A stretch of DNA of 64,000 nt from Nitrospirota bacterium (GCA_037441365.1 JBBISG010000001.1:18961-82960); one strand, 5' to 3'; numbered from the stretch's first letter, positions 18,012 to 29,995 are shown. The notes: generated by a model not told the origin, from the sequence alone. A program made the numbers and translations.

Positions 18012-20636
18012 TTAATTATTTATCACTATATTCACAAGTCTGTCCCTGACAACGAAGATCTTTCTGATGCTCTTAATGCCGATGATGCCCTTTACCTTTT
18101 CATCACTCAGCGCCTTCTCTTTGATAGCATCCTCAGAGAGACCTGCCGGCACCATCAATCTTGCCCTGACCCTGCCGTTTACCTGTACAACAAGCTCGAT
18201 TTCACCTTCCTTTACGAGCTCATCATCCCACTCAGGCCATCTCTGCTCGGATATGCTCGGCGTGTTACCTATGGCCTCCCAGAGCTCTTCTGCTATATGG
18301 GGTGAGAAAGGGGAAAGCAGCAGAAGGGCGGTCTCTATTGACTGCCTCAACACCGACCATTCATCATCGCTCCGGGGCTGGAACGATGCGCACTCATTTA
18401 CGAGCTCCATGAGTGCTGCAATGGCGGTATTGAAGTGATACTCCCTTTCTATGTCTGTGGTAACCCTCTTTATAGTCTGGTGCGTCTTTCGCAATAAAGA
18501 CAGGGCTGCAGGCGAAAGGCCGCAGGCGATGGGTGCCTCTATTTCCTGCCTCTTCTGCCCTCTTTTGCCTTTTATCCATTGCCCCTTGTATTTACAAACG
18601 ATCCCCCACAGCCTGTTCAAAAACCTGTAGGCACCTTCCACCCCCCTGTCAGACCATTCGAGGTCCTTTTCAGGAGGCGCTGCAAAAAGGGAGAACAACC
18701 TCGCGGTGTCTGCCCCATATTTTCTGATGAGGTGGTCAGGGTCTACCACATTCCTTTTTGACTTCGACATCTTCTCGACCCTGCCCCGCATCACTTCTCT
18801 TCCGCAGTGTAAGCACGTGTTGTCCTTTGCCTCCTCAGGGAAAAGCCAGCCGTGTTCAGGGCACCTGATGGTCTCTTTACACACCATACCCTGAGTAAGG
18901 AGTCTTGAGAATGGCTCATCGAAATCAACAATGTCAAGGTCCCTCAGCACATGAGTGAAAAACCTCGAGTAAAGCAGATGCAAGACAGCGTGTTCAACAC
19001 CACCGATATACTGTTCAACAGGCATCCAGTATTTTATTGGTGATCGCTCATCGCTAATTACTGATTTAAAATCGATATTGCCCCTCTCAAAACAATAGGC
19101 CAGAAAATACCATGAGGAGTCAACAAAGGTGTCCATCGTGTCTGTCTCACGCCTTGCAGGGCCTCCGCACCCCGGGCAATTAACCCTTATGAAGTCCTCC
19201 GAGTTGAGAAGCGGAGAACCACCCCTGCCAGTGAACCTCACATCCTCTGGAAGTATTACAGGGAGGTCCTCCTCAGGCACAGGCACAATACCGCATTTCT
19301 CGCAATAGATGATAGGGATAGGTGTCCCCCAGTATCTCTGCCTCGATATGCCCCAGTCACGGAGTTTGTAGTTTATCGTTACCTTTCCTAATCCCTTTTC
19401 TTCTATATACTTTGCGATCGCCTTTCTTGCATCAATGCTCCTCAGTCCCGTAAACTGTCCTGAATTGATGAGCACGCCCTCACCTTCAAAGGCTTCTATT
19501 ATGCTGCTGTACTCTACCCCATCTGCTACACTACTGTTACCCCAAAAAATCTTTGATTTTTTGGGGACCCCGTCTTCAGGCACAATCACAACCTTTATCG
19601 GCAGGCCGTACTTCCTTGCAAAGTCAAGGTCCCTCTGGTCATGGCCTGGCACAGACATAATGGCGCCAGTCCCATACTCCATAAGCACGAAACTTGCTGC
19701 ATAGATAGGTATCTTCTCGTTATTCATCGGATTTATAGCATAATGACCGGTAAAAAGCCCCTCTTTTTCCTCCACCTTCCCATATCTTGCCTTCACCCTG
19801 TCCAGTCCTCCCTTGTCAGCGACAAGTTTATCGAGAAGCGGGTGGCCGGGGGCAAGGCATATGAATGTCGCTCCCCAGAGTGTGTCGGGCCTTGTGGTGA
19901 ATATCCTTATCTTTTCATCCATCCCGGCAATCGGGAAATCCATCTCTACCCCTTCACTCCGGCCAATCCAGTTCTTCTGCATGGCCACGACATTGTCAGG
20001 CCAGCCTGTCAGGCCCTCACATCCCTCAAGAAGCTCTTCCGCATAATGGGTGATTCTGAAGAACCATTGTTCAAGTTCCCTCTGGAGCACCTCACTATCA
20101 CACCTCCAGCACCTGCCGTCTATCACCTGTTCATTGGCGAGGACAGTCATGCAGGATTCACACCAGTTAACAAAGGAGGACCTTCTATATGCCAGCCCCC
20201 TTTCAAACATCTTCAAGAAGAACCACTGATTCCATCTGTAGTATTCAGGGCTGCAGGTTGCTACCTCACGACCCCAGTCATAGCTAAATCCCATGCGGTT
20301 AAGCTGTTTCTTCATATAATCTATGTTCTCGTAGGTCCACCTTGCAGGATGTATTCCCTCTTTTATTGCAGCGTTCTCGGCAGGCAGCCCGAAGGCATCC
20401 CATCCCATCGGGTGAAGCACATTGTATCCCCGCATGCGTTTGTAGCGGGCTATGACATCGCCTATGGCGTAATTGCGTACATGCCCCATATGTATCTTGC
20501 CAGAAGGATAGGGGAACATCTCGAGGCAGTAGAATTTCTCTCTGCCCGGCTCAATTATGGTCTTGTAAAGTCCCCTTTCGGACCAGTATTTCTGCCACTT
20601 TAGTTCTATCTTCTGCGGGTCATATCTCTCTTGCAA
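18012..20636 (-). CDS. leuS: Leucyl-tRNA synthetase
   Basis: 874 aa. HMGH (FPYPSGKIHMGHV) and KMSKS motifs. Contains PE copy 6 in frame. Confidence 0.97.
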   Translation of the reverse strand: MQERYDPQKIELKWQKYWSERGLYKTIIEPGREKFYCLEMFPYPSGKIHMGHVRNYAIGDVIARYKRMRGYNVLHPMGWDAFGLPAENAAIKEGIHPARWTYENIDYMKKQLNRMGFSYDWGREVATCSPEYYRWNQWFFLKMFERGLAYRRSSFVNWCESCMTVLANEQVIDGRCWRCDSEVLQRELEQWFFRITHYAEELLEGCEGLTGWPDNVVAMQKNWIGRSEGVEMDFPIAGMDEKIRIFTTRPDTLWGATFICLAPGHPLLDKLVADKGGLDRVKARYGKVEEKEGLFTGHYAINPMNNEKIPIYAASFVLMEYGTGAIMSVPGHDQRDLDFARKYGLPIKVVIVPEDGVPKKSKIFWGNSSVADGVEYSSIIEAFEGEGVLINSGQFTGLRSIDARKAIAKYIEEKGLGKVTINYKLRDWGISRQRYWGTPIPIIYCEKCGIVPVPEEDLPVILPEDVRFTGRGGSPLLNSEDFIRVNCPGCGGPARRETDTMDTFVDSSWYFLAYCFERGNIDFKSVISDERSPIKYWMPVEQYIGGVEHAVLHLLYSRFFTHVLRDLDIVDFDEPFSRLLTQGMVCKETIRCPEHGWLFPEEAKDNTCLHCGREVMRGRVEKMSKSKRNVVDPDHLIRKYGADTARLFSLFAAPPEKDLEWSDRGVEGAYRFLNRLWGIVCKYKGQWIKGKRGQKRQEIEAPIACGLSPAALSLLRKTHQTIKRVTTDIEREYHFNTAIAALMELVNECASFQPRSDDEWSVLRQSIETALLLLSPFSPHIAEELWEAIGNTPSISEQRWPEWDDELVKEGEIELVVQVNGRVRARLMVPAGLSEDAIKEKALSDEKVKGIIGIKSIRKIFVVRDRLVNIVINN
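19537..19572 (-). repeat. PE copy 6, inside leuS
   Basis: gttaccccaaaaaatctttgattttttggggaccccg, read on the minus strand as GVPKKSKIFWGN. Confidence 0.9.
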
Positions 20637-20670
20637 GGTCAGGCATCCTCTCCACTTTTCTATCTGTTTT

Positions 20671-21393
20671 TCAGAAATTAATCCCGAAATCGGGCAGGAG
20701 ACCTGAGAGCTCCCTGATACGGTTTGTCAGAAGCATGATGCCGAAGATTATGAGAAGGAGTCCACTTATGACCATGATCACACGCATATACCTCTGGAGC
20801 CTTCTTGAGTAACTCAGAAAGCTGTTGATGGCGAGTGATGATACAAAAAATGGTATGGCAAGACCAAGTGAGTACACCGCTAAGAGCTTGAATCCGTAAA
20901 AGGCCGATGCCTTCGAGCTCGCATACAGGAGGATGGTGCCGAGTATCGGTCCTATACACGGAGTCCAGCCAGCTGCAAAGGTCATCCCGACAATAAATGT
21001 CCCTATATACCCGGCAGGCTTGCCGCTGAGGTGCAGTTTCTTATCCCTTGTAAGAAACCCTATCCTCAGGAAGCCAGCCACAAAGAGGCCGAAGACAATG
21101 ATAACAATGCCGCCTATTATCCTTATCCATTCCTGATATTCGAACAGGAATCTCCCTATGGCAGAAGATGAGGCGCCGAGGGCTATAAAAACTGCGGAAA
21201 AGCCGAGGATGAAGGCTGAGGAATTGGTTATTGTGAGGCGGCGTATCCTTTTTCTGTCAATGCCCCCTGTCAGGTCATCAAATGATATGCCTGTTATAAA
21301 GGAAACATAGGAGGGAACAAGGGGCAACACACAGGGCGAAAGAAATGATAATACGCCTGCTAAAAATGCCAGAGGAAAAGATATATCCTTCAT
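20671..21393 (-). CDS. ccdA: Cytochrome c biogenesis / thiol-disulfide electron transporter CcdA (DsbD family)
   Basis: 240 aa, six TM segments, conserved Cys in SPCVLP and TPCIGP. Confidence 0.85.
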   Translation of the reverse strand: MKDISFPLAFLAGVLSFLSPCVLPLVPSYVSFITGISFDDLTGGIDRKRIRRLTITNSSAFILGFSAVFIALGASSSAIGRFLFEYQEWIRIIGGIVIIVFGLFVAGFLRIGFLTRDKKLHLSGKPAGYIGTFIVGMTFAAGWTPCIGPILGTILLYASSKASAFYGFKLLAVYSLGLAIPFFVSSLAINSFLSYSRRLQRYMRVIMVISGLLLIIFGIMLLTNRIRELSGLLPDFGINF

Positions 21394-21419
21394 CTATTTA
21401 CCCTCGCTCACATTCGTAT

Positions 21420-21902
21420 CTATCTGCCGCATTCTTTTGTATCACCTTTTATTTTCTCTATTGCATGCGGAATAACATCCATGATTACTTCTAAATTTTC
21501 TTTTACAGCAGCAGGGCTTCCTGGAAGGTTTACTATCAATGTCTGCCCCCTCACGCCAGCTATGGCCCTGGAGAGCATCGACCTCTGTGTTTTCTTCATG
21601 CCCTCAAACCGCATCACCTCTGCAATGCCGGGTATCACCCTGTCTATTACCTCAAGCGTTGCATCAGGCGTTACATCCCTCGGGCTCAGGCCGGTCCCGC
21701 CTGTTGTGAGTATTAAGTCAACCTTTGTGGAGTATTCTATCAACCTCTCCTTTATAATCTCCTTTTCATCAGGTAATATCTCATAGTGCCTTACCTCTGC
21801 ATCAATGTCCTTGAGCATCTCTTTAATGACCGACCCGCTCAGGTCCTCTCGTTCTCCCCTAAAACCCCTGTCGCTTAGTGTCAAAACCGCTGCCGTAATC
21901 AT
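21420..21902 (-). CDS. Molybdenum cofactor biosynthesis protein MogA/MoaB family
   Basis: 160 aa with the TGGTGLSPRD motif. Confidence 0.85.
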   Translation of the reverse strand: MITAAVLTLSDRGFRGEREDLSGSVIKEMLKDIDAEVRHYEILPDEKEIIKERLIEYSTKVDLILTTGGTGLSPRDVTPDATLEVIDRVIPGIAEVMRFEGMKKTQRSMLSRAIAGVRGQTLIVNLPGSPAAVKENLEVIMDVIPHAIEKIKGDTKECGR

Positions 21903-22354
21903 CCTGGTTTTACTGATGGGTTTATGCCGATGGCATCGCCTACCCTTACCCTGCCGCCTTTAAGGACCCTGACGAATATTCCTTCCTTTGGCATAACACA
22001 ATCGCCTGCCTGGTAATATATGGCGCAGCGCGTATGGCATTCCTTCCCGATCTGGCTCACCTCAGCCTCGATACCATCCCCGATGATGAGATGCGTCCCC
22101 ACAGGGAGGGAGAGCAGGTCAATACCTTCTGTAGTGATATTCTCTGCAAAATCCCCTGGTTTCACATCAAGGCCCATGTCCTGCATTTTCTTAATGCTTT
22201 CCAGGGCAAGAAGGCTCACCTGCCTGTGCCACCCTGATGATGCATGTGCATCACCCTTAATCCCGTATTCGGCCTCCAGTAGAACCTCTTCTACAGGCGT
22301 CTTCCTTACACCCTTCTTATCACTTATATTTATAGAGACGACCCTTCCTGTCAT
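21899..22354 (-). CDS. MOSC-domain protein
   Basis: 151 aa beta-barrel-type sequence with a conserved Cys near the C-terminus. Overlaps the mogA-like start by 4 nt. Confidence 0.75.
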   Translation of the reverse strand: MTGRVVSINISDKKGVRKTPVEEVLLEAEYGIKGDAHASSGWHRQVSLLALESIKKMQDMGLDVKPGDFAENITTEGIDLLSLPVGTHLIIGDGIEAEVSQIGKECHTRCAIYYQAGDCVMPKEGIFVRVLKGGRVRVGDAIGINPSVKPG

Positions 22355-22494
22355 TGTTTCCTCTGTATACGGTCATTAAATAAAATAACACAAATACCCC
22401 ATAAAAGTCAGCTTATTTAATTAAACCTGTAAACTTTGCATTTTCTTCAGCAGGAGTGCTAAACTTTATGATAATCCAGAAAAGAGTCAAAATT

Positions 22495-23949
22495 ATGGAG
22501 CTCAATAAATTAACCATATCAGAGTTGAGAGGGATGCTCGACCGAAAAGAGGTATCCCCAAGAGAAGTGGTCGATTCTGTCTTGAAGAGGATAGAAGGCG
22601 TTGAGGGCAAGATAAATGCCTTTGTGACACTGACATGGGAGAATGCCTTTGAGATGGCTGCTAGCGCGGAAGACCGCATCAGGGCAAACAACACAGCGCC
22701 ATTGCTCGGAATCCCTCTTGCAATAAAAGACAACATCTGCACAAAGGGCATAAGGACAACATGCGCCTCAAGGATATTATCTAACTTTATCCCTCCCTAT
22801 GAAAGCACTGTTACATCGAGGTTGCTCGAACATGGATATGTCCTGATCGGGAAGACGAACCTCGATGAGTTTGCAATGGGTTCATCCACCGAGAACTCAG
22901 CCTTTTTCACGACTAAAAACCCTTATGACCTCGAGAGGATCCCTGGCGGAAGCAGTGGTGGCTCTGCTGCTGCAGTTGCAGCAGATGAATGTATCGCTGC
23001 ATTGGGCTCTGACACAGGAGGCTCCATAAGACAGCCTGCGGCACTCTGCGGTGTTGTTGGGCTTAAGCCGACCTATGGGCGGGTATCGAGATACGGCCTC
23101 GTTGCCTTTGCATCATCCCTCGACCAGATAGGGCCTATAACAAAGGATGTGAGGGATTCGGCAATATTAATGAATATAATATGCGGCCACGACCCCCTCG
23201 ATTCCACATCAGCACCTGTGGATGTCCCCGACTTTACAAACGCCCTCGGCAAAGATATAAGGGGTCTGAAGATCGGTATTCCAAGGGAATACTTCATAGA
23301 GGGCATGGATAAGGAAGTCAACTCCTCTTTAAAGGCTGCAATTAAACAACTCGAAGGACTTGGTGCCATACCCATAGAGGTCACACTTCCCCACACAGAT
23401 TATGCCGTGGCGACCTATTACATCCTTGCCACATCAGAGGCATCATCCAATCTCGCAAGATACGATGGCGTTAAATACGGTTTCAGGGCATCAGGCAGAG
23501 ACCTCCTCGAGATGTATATGAATACACGCTCCCGTGGTTTTGGCCCTGAGGTTAAAAGGAGGATAATGCTCGGCACATATGCCCTTTCATCGGGATACTA
23601 TGAGGCATATTATAGAAAGGCTCAACAGGTGAGGACATTGATAAAGAGGGATTTTGAGGACGCCTTCAGGATTGTGGATGTTATTGTGACACCCACGTCC
23701 CCTACCGCTGCATTCAAGATCGGTGAGAAGGCGGACGACCCCCTCCAGATGTACCTCTCGGATATATTCACTATCTCTGTAAATCTTGCCGGGGTGCCCG
23801 CAATTTCCATACCCTGCGGTTTCACATCGGACAATCTCCCTATCGGCATGCAGCTCATAGGAAGACACTTTGACGAAGAGGGGGTCCTTCGGGTCGCCTA
23901 TGCTTATGAGCAGTCCACAGACTGGCACAGGAGAAGGCCTGATTTGTAG
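22495..23949 (+). CDS. gatA: Glutamyl/aspartyl-tRNA amidotransferase subunit A
   Basis: Amidase signature [13 protein letters not shown]. The start could instead be 22468 or 22456. Confidence 0.95.
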   Translation: MELNKLTISELRGMLDRKEVSPREVVDSVLKRIEGVEGKINAFVTLTWENAFEMAASAEDRIRANNTAPLLGIPLAIKDNICTKGIRTTCASRILSNFIPPYESTVTSRLLEHGYVLIGKTNLDEFAMGSSTENSAFFTTKNPYDLERIPGGSSGGSAAAVAADECIAALGSDTGGSIRQPAALCGVVGLKPTYGRVSRYGLVAFASSLDQIGPITKDVRDSAILMNIICGHDPLDSTSAPVDVPDFTNALGKDIRGLKIGIPREYFIEGMDKEVNSSLKAAIKQLEGLGAIPIEVTLPHTDYAVATYYILATSEASSNLARYDGVKYGFRASGRDLLEMYMNTRSRGFGPEVKRRIMLGTYALSSGYYEAYYRKAQQVRTLIKRDFEDAFRIVDVIVTPTSPTAAFKIGEKADDPLQMYLSDIFTISVNLAGVPAISIPCGFTSDNLPIGMQLIGRHFDEEGVLRVAYAYEQSTDWHRRRPDL

Positions 23950-23952
23950 TTA

Positions 23953-24303
23953 ATGGAAGAGCTCATCAACAGGTTGAGGGCCTTTGCAAAAGAGAGAGAC
24001 TGGGAACAGTTTCACTCACCCAAAAATCTCGCCATGGCGCTAAGTGTTGAGGTTGCTGAAATTGTAGAGCTATTTCAGTGGATGACGGAAGAGGAAAGCG
24101 TAAATCTGACGCCTGACAAACTCCAGAAACTTAAGGAAGAGATCGGTGATGTTATGATTTATCTTACAAAACTTGCCGATAAATTCAGTATTGATCCTAT
24201 CGAGGCAGCGTGGCAAAAGATAGAAATAAATGAGAGAAAGTACCCTGCAGAGGTCGTAAGGGGCAAGGCAAAGAAATACGATGAGTATAAAAATAGATGT
24301 TAA
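23953..24303 (+). CDS. MazG-like nucleotide pyrophosphohydrolase
   Basis: 116 aa. RDWEQFHSPKNL...EVAEL.E.FQW and EEIGDV motifs. Confidence 0.8.
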   Translation: MEELINRLRAFAKERDWEQFHSPKNLAMALSVEVAEIVELFQWMTEEESVNLTPDKLQKLKEEIGDVMIYLTKLADKFSIDPIEAAWQKIEINERKYPAEVVRGKAKKYDEYKNRC

Positions 24304-24490
24304 GGGATTACCTCAAGAAGATATTCGAGTCAGCTAATCGAGGCGATGTGTGCCTTACCTATAAAGACAATGACCCCGATAAACCAAAGGTAAAGAGCCA
24401 GTATGAAAAGGGATAACTGGCAGGGTATTTATAAATCAGTAAACTATTGTAAGTGAAAAACACATACACATATTGCCACCTCATTACTCA

Positions 24491-25657
24491 TTAGGGATTG
24501 CGTACGTTCCTTGCGGCCTCTTTTATCAATGCCTGGCCTATGACATTCCTCTGTATCTGGTTTGTCCCTTCGTAAATCTGGAGGATCTTTGCATCACGCA
24601 TCATCTTCTCAACGGGATATTCCCTCATGTATCCTGAACCGCCCATGACCTGGACCGCATTCGTTGTGACACGCATAGCAACATCCGTTGCAAAGACCTT
24701 TGCCATTGCAGATTCCTTCGATATATCCTTTGCACCGCTGTCTATGTACCTCGCAACTGAGTAGACGAGTGCCCTTGCTGCCTCTATCTCGGTTGCCATA
24801 TCAGCGAGCATATGCTGAACCGCCTGAAAGCTTATTATCGGATGGCCGAACTGGACCCTCTGCCTTGCGAATTTTAAGGCCTCATCAAAGGCACCCTGTG
24901 CAACACCTACACCCTGGGCACCAACCCCTGTCCGTGAATTATCGAGGGTCTTCATGGCTACAATAAAACCGAGGCCTTCCCTGCCCAAGATATTATCCCT
25001 CGGTATCCTGCAATTGTCGAATATGAGCTCCCTCGTCACAGATGCCCTTATGCCCATCTTCCTCTCCTTCTTGCCGAAGCTGAAACCGGGCGTCCCTTTT
25101 TCGACTATAAAGGCAGAGGCACCCCTTGCACCCTTTGCCCTGTCTGTCATTGCAATGATTGTGTATATCTCTGCCTCGCCGCCGTTGGTAATCCACTGCT
25201 TTGTGCCGTTCAATACATATCCGTCACCCTCACGCCTTGCCATGGTCTGTATGCCTGCTGCGTCGCTTCCTGCATTGGCCTCGGTAAGACCGAAGGCAAC
25301 AAGCCTCTTGCCTGCCGCAATGTCAGGGAGGTATCTCCTCTTCTGCTCATCAGAGCCAAAGAGGAGGATCGGATATGTGCCGAGTGCGTTTGCAGCATAG
25401 GATGTAGACACACCAAGGCATGCCCTTGATAGCTCCTCAACCGCAATGCATAATTCAAGGCTTCCTTTTCCCAGACCTCCATACTCCTCAGGGATAAAAA
25501 GGCCAAAGAGATCAGCCCTGGCGAGGACCTTCATTATCTCGTGGGGGAACTCTTCATTGTCATCAAGCTCCTCTCTGACAGGCACAATCTTGTCTTCTGC
25601 TATCTGCCTTGCGAGGTCTCTTATCATCACCTGTTCTTCGGTTAGGAAATAATCCAT
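24491..25657 (-). CDS. Acyl-CoA dehydrogenase (short/butyryl-CoA type)
   Basis: 388 aa. TEANAGSDA, ITNGG and C-terminal YEGTNQIQR motifs. Confidence 0.9.
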   Translation of the reverse strand: MDYFLTEEQVMIRDLARQIAEDKIVPVREELDDNEEFPHEIMKVLARADLFGLFIPEEYGGLGKGSLELCIAVEELSRACLGVSTSYAANALGTYPILLFGSDEQKRRYLPDIAAGKRLVAFGLTEANAGSDAAGIQTMARREGDGYVLNGTKQWITNGGEAEIYTIIAMTDRAKGARGASAFIVEKGTPGFSFGKKERKMGIRASVTRELIFDNCRIPRDNILGREGLGFIVAMKTLDNSRTGVGAQGVGVAQGAFDEALKFARQRVQFGHPIISFQAVQHMLADMATEIEAARALVYSVARYIDSGAKDISKESAMAKVFATDVAMRVTTNAVQVMGGSGYMREYPVEKMMRDAKILQIYEGTNQIQRNVIGQALIKEAARNVRNP

Positions 25658-25725
25658 AACTCCTCCTACTCCATTTCAGAGATATCTAAAATCTAACCTC
25701 TCCAGAATGACAATTTGTCGATGAA

Positions 25726-25741
25726 GTTAAAAGTTAAAAGT
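25726..25741 (+). repeat. 16-mer gttaaaagttaaaagt (copy A)
   Basis: The exact reverse complement occurs at 40930-40945. Both lie just upstream of minus-strand gene starts (acyl-CoA dehydrogenase, pepA). Confidence 0.9.
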
Positions 25742-25816
25742 CGAAAGTCAACTAAGTGCGGAAGCACCATACACGTATTTTTAACTTTAAACTTTCGACC
25801 TGACTGGGTGCCCTCT

Positions 25817-27175
25817 TTATGCGCTTATGTCAACAGGGCCGGTTAGAAGACTCGGAGCACCTATATTCCCATAAAACCTGAAGTCGTCACCGGCAGCCTT
25901 CACATATTTAAAGAGGTCGAGTATGTTCCCAGACATTACCGCCTCTTTCACAGGATACCTTATAATACCATTTTTTATCCATAAACCCGAGATACCGACA
26001 GAAAACTCCCCGGATACAGGATTCACAGTATGAACACCCATGGCCTCTGTTATGTAAATGCCGTTATCCACGCCTTCAAAAAGACCTTGATATACATGCC
26101 CTGGGTCAACGGTGATATAAAGGTTTGAAGGACCGACTCCAGGCAGTGCAGAGAAGCCTGCCTTTACAGCATTACCTGTGGATTTTACACCATCCTTTTT
26201 TGCTGTATAGACATTGTATAAATATCCTGTCAATATGCCCTCCCTTATCAGATATTTCTTTGATGTCGCTACACCTTCATCATCAAATGGTCGACTGCCG
26301 AGCCTCTGCGGTAAACATCCATCGTCTACAATGTTGAGGATCCGGCTCACCACAGCTTCATTCATCCTCCCTGCAAGGAGTGACTTTCCCTTCTGGACGT
26401 TTTCCGAAGAAAGCATCAAGGCAAAGATGCCGAGGAATTCTGCTGCCACTGAGCCATCGAGGACTGTCTGGGTCTTTACCGCATCTATCTTCTTTGCCCC
26501 GAGAAGCTCGACTGCCCTTTTTGCTGCATTCCTGCCGACTCCCTCGAATATAGCATCATTCAGAAATCTGCTGCCATCAGAATCCCATCCCATCTGGCTA
26601 TCACTGCCATCCTCTGCAACGACCATTATCTCTGCAGTGCATGTCGTGGCTGAATATTCTGCATCAACGCCTTTTGAATTAATGATCAGGACATCCTTGG
26701 TCGAGAAGGATGCTGATGCCTTTCTCACCTTTTTTATTCTGCTGTCAGAGCCGAGGGCAGCCTTCTCTATTAAGAGGGCCTTATCCTTTGCTTCATCAAT
26801 GCTCAATGAACTTACCGCATCATCGAAGATGTCGAGACTCTGTTTTTCTGAATGCCCTGGAAGGTCAAGGTAATCATCCTGTTCTGTCCATCTCGATGCC
26901 TCTACAGCATTACTGATAACAGTATCGGCCTCTTTAATATCTGTAGAGTAAGAAAAACCAAGTCTGCTATTCCGTATAACCCGAAGGGAATAACCGAAAT
27001 CACTGGACAGCTCAACGGCATCAGCTCTCTGACCTTTAACCTCTACTGAAAGATTTCTCGAAGACCTGAGATACACCTCGGCAAAATCCGCACCACCCCT
27101 CCTTGCGCCTTCAAGAAGCCTGACGGCAAAACCTCTTATCTCAGCAGGTTGTGAGGGACGGCTGTTAATCTTCAT
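25817..27175 (-). CDS. TldD/PmbA-family metalloprotease
   Basis: 452 aa with the typical PmbA-like C-terminal GxC-free beta region (FSVGISGLWIKNG). Confidence 0.85.
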   Translation of the reverse strand: MKINSRPSQPAEIRGFAVRLLEGARRGGADFAEVYLRSSRNLSVEVKGQRADAVELSSDFGYSLRVIRNSRLGFSYSTDIKEADTVISNAVEASRWTEQDDYLDLPGHSEKQSLDIFDDAVSSLSIDEAKDKALLIEKAALGSDSRIKKVRKASASFSTKDVLIINSKGVDAEYSATTCTAEIMVVAEDGSDSQMGWDSDGSRFLNDAIFEGVGRNAAKRAVELLGAKKIDAVKTQTVLDGSVAAEFLGIFALMLSSENVQKGKSLLAGRMNEAVVSRILNIVDDGCLPQRLGSRPFDDEGVATSKKYLIREGILTGYLYNVYTAKKDGVKSTGNAVKAGFSALPGVGPSNLYITVDPGHVYQGLFEGVDNGIYITEAMGVHTVNPVSGEFSVGISGLWIKNGIIRYPVKEAVMSGNILDLFKYVKAAGDDFRFYGNIGAPSLLTGPVDISA

Positions 27176-27542
27176 AGTATGTAGCTGAGGCTGTTTCAGA
27201 CTCCCAAACAGTGACCGCTGTAAGTTGGATATATTCGTTATTGACCTTCCTCTTGAGGGAATCGTATATCCATTTTGCTATGTTTTCTGAGGATGGATTC
27301 TTCTCCGTAAAAGGGAAGATATCATTGAGGAATGTATGGTCAAGTGGCGTTGTGACCTCACTTAGAAGATGTTTTATCTCATGAAAGTCCATTGCTATGT
27401 CTATCTCGTTCAACCTCTCTGAAGAGACATGAACCTGAACCTTCCAGTTATGGCCGTGGAGCTTTTCGCACTTTCCCCTGTATCCCCTCAATTGATGGGC
27501 TGCTGAAAATGTGGTTTCTACCATTAGTTCAAACATATTCAC
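27165..27542 (-). CDS. queD: 6-carboxy-5,6,7,8-tetrahydropterin synthase
   Basis: 125 aa with the CEKLHGHNW motif. Confidence 0.9.
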   Translation of the reverse strand: MNMFELMVETTFSAAHQLRGYRGKCEKLHGHNWKVQVHVSSERLNEIDIAMDFHEIKHLLSEVTTPLDHTFLNDIFPFTEKNPSSENIAKWIYDSLKRKVNNEYIQLTAVTVWESETASATYYED

Positions 27543-27609
27543 TCCTTGTCATTGACGTCTATCACTTACACCGCTGATTATAATTGTCTATGCAACCCTT
27601 GTGCCTACT

Positions 27610-27645
27610 GTTACCCCAAAAAGTCTTCGACTTTTTGGGGACCCC
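27610..27645 (-). repeat. PE copy 7, in the hpt-queD spacer
   Basis: gttaccccaaaaagtcttcgactttttggggacccc. Shares the flank ctactgttacccc with copy 6. Confidence 0.9.
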
Positions 27646-27667
27646 TTTGCATCATAATAGATTGTTT

Positions 27668-28189
27668 TTATACAGATTTCCTGAATATCGCTATATAAGG
27701 AAGATTTCTGAATTGGTTATCATAATCGAGGCCATAGCCAACAACGTATTCGTTGGGTATCTCAAAACCCACATAATCCAGAGGCACATCCACAATCCTT
27801 CTCTCCTTTTTATCGAGGAAGGCACATATCTTTAAACTCCTGGGGCGCCTTGAAAGGACGCGCTCCCTTATATGGTTAAGTGTTATCCCTGTATCAACTA
27901 TATCCTCGACGAGCAGGACATCCTTATCAGTTATATCCTCCCTGATATCATAGTAAACCTTCACCTCGCCTGTTGTGGCTGTCTTCACATAACTTGCCGC
28001 TATTATAAAATCCACTGTGAGAGGAACATTTATAGACCTGACAAGGTCTGAAAAGAACATGAAGGCGCCCCTCAGTATCCCGACAGTCAGGAGGTTTTTC
28101 CCCTCGTAGTCGTGAGATATCCTCTCCGCCAGCTCCCTCACCCTTTGCTGGATCTGCTCGGCAGTGAAAAATGGTTTGCCTATGATCAT
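27668..28189 (-). CDS. hpt: Hypoxanthine phosphoribosyltransferase
   Basis: 173 aa with PRPP-binding motif LLVEDIVDTGITL. Confidence 0.9.
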   Translation of the reverse strand: MIIGKPFFTAEQIQQRVRELAERISHDYEGKNLLTVGILRGAFMFFSDLVRSINVPLTVDFIIAASYVKTATTGEVKVYYDIREDITDKDVLLVEDIVDTGITLNHIRERVLSRRPRSLKICAFLDKKERRIVDVPLDYVGFEIPNEYVVGYGLDYDNQFRNLPYIAIFRKSV

Positions 28190-28247
28190 CGCCCTCTCCG
28201 TCAGTGCATGATGGGATAATTATATCTGATAATTGCTTTTATCTCAA

Positions 28248-28880
28248 CTAAATTTCTCCTATCACGGTCTCTCCTGCCCTTACCCTGTCCCCTAATTTGA
28301 CCTTGATAGCCGTATCCTCTGGTAGATAAACATCGAGTCTCGAGCTGAACTTGATGATCCCGTAGCGCTCCCCCGTTTTCAAGGCATCGCCGGTCCTTAC
28401 CCTGCAGACCGCCCTCCTTGCAAGAAATCCTGCCACCTGGCGCACCAATATCCTGCCATGTCTTGTATTGAACAGCACTGCAATGTTTTCGTTCTGCAGG
28501 GATGCCTCGTGCTTAAAGGCAGAAAGGAATCTGCCAGGCGTATGGATGACCTTCTCTACAATGCCATCGCAGGGTGCCCTGTTTACATGCACATCCAACG
28601 GTGACATGAAGATGCTTACCTCAGTGGCATTTTCTTTCAGATACAGGTCCTCATAAACCTTGCTGACCAGTATGACCCTTCCATCTGCAGGGGATACAAA
28701 GATGTTCTCTCCAGCAGGGGCCTTTCTTTCAGGGTCACGGAAGAAAAAAAGCATGAAAAGCGTGAGAAGAATCGGCAGATAGGCCATCCACGATTCACCC
28801 CCGAAGATGGTTATAGATATGGTGGTGATAGCTGCCGAAGAGATGATATATGGATAGCCCTCAGGCGCAAATCTGAACAT
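28248..28880 (-). CDS. psd: Phosphatidylserine decarboxylase-related protein (short form)
   Basis: 210 aa. N-terminal TMs, a Psd-like core, and a FSSR site where the self-cleavage motif is expected. Confidence 0.75.
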   Translation of the reverse strand: MFRFAPEGYPYIISSAAITTISITIFGGESWMAYLPILLTLFMLFFFRDPERKAPAGENIFVSPADGRVILVSKVYEDLYLKENATEVSIFMSPLDVHVNRAPCDGIVEKVIHTPGRFLSAFKHEASLQNENIAVLFNTRHGRILVRQVAGFLARRAVCRVRTGDALKTGERYGIIKFSSRLDVYLPEDTAIKVKLGDRVRAGETVIGEI

Positions 28881-28887
28881 GACCTCT

Positions 28888-29985
<1,098 letters not shown>

Positions 29986-29995
29986 TCATGCCTCA

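Noticed and set aside
19641-20603. 320-aa + strand ORF
   Set aside because: It lies entirely antisense within leuS, which has unmistakable class-I synthetase motifs. No independent support.
27584-27835. 83-aa + strand ORF starting at the hpt-queD spacer
   Set aside because: Its N-terminus is just a translation of palindromic element copy 7, and the rest is antisense to hpt.
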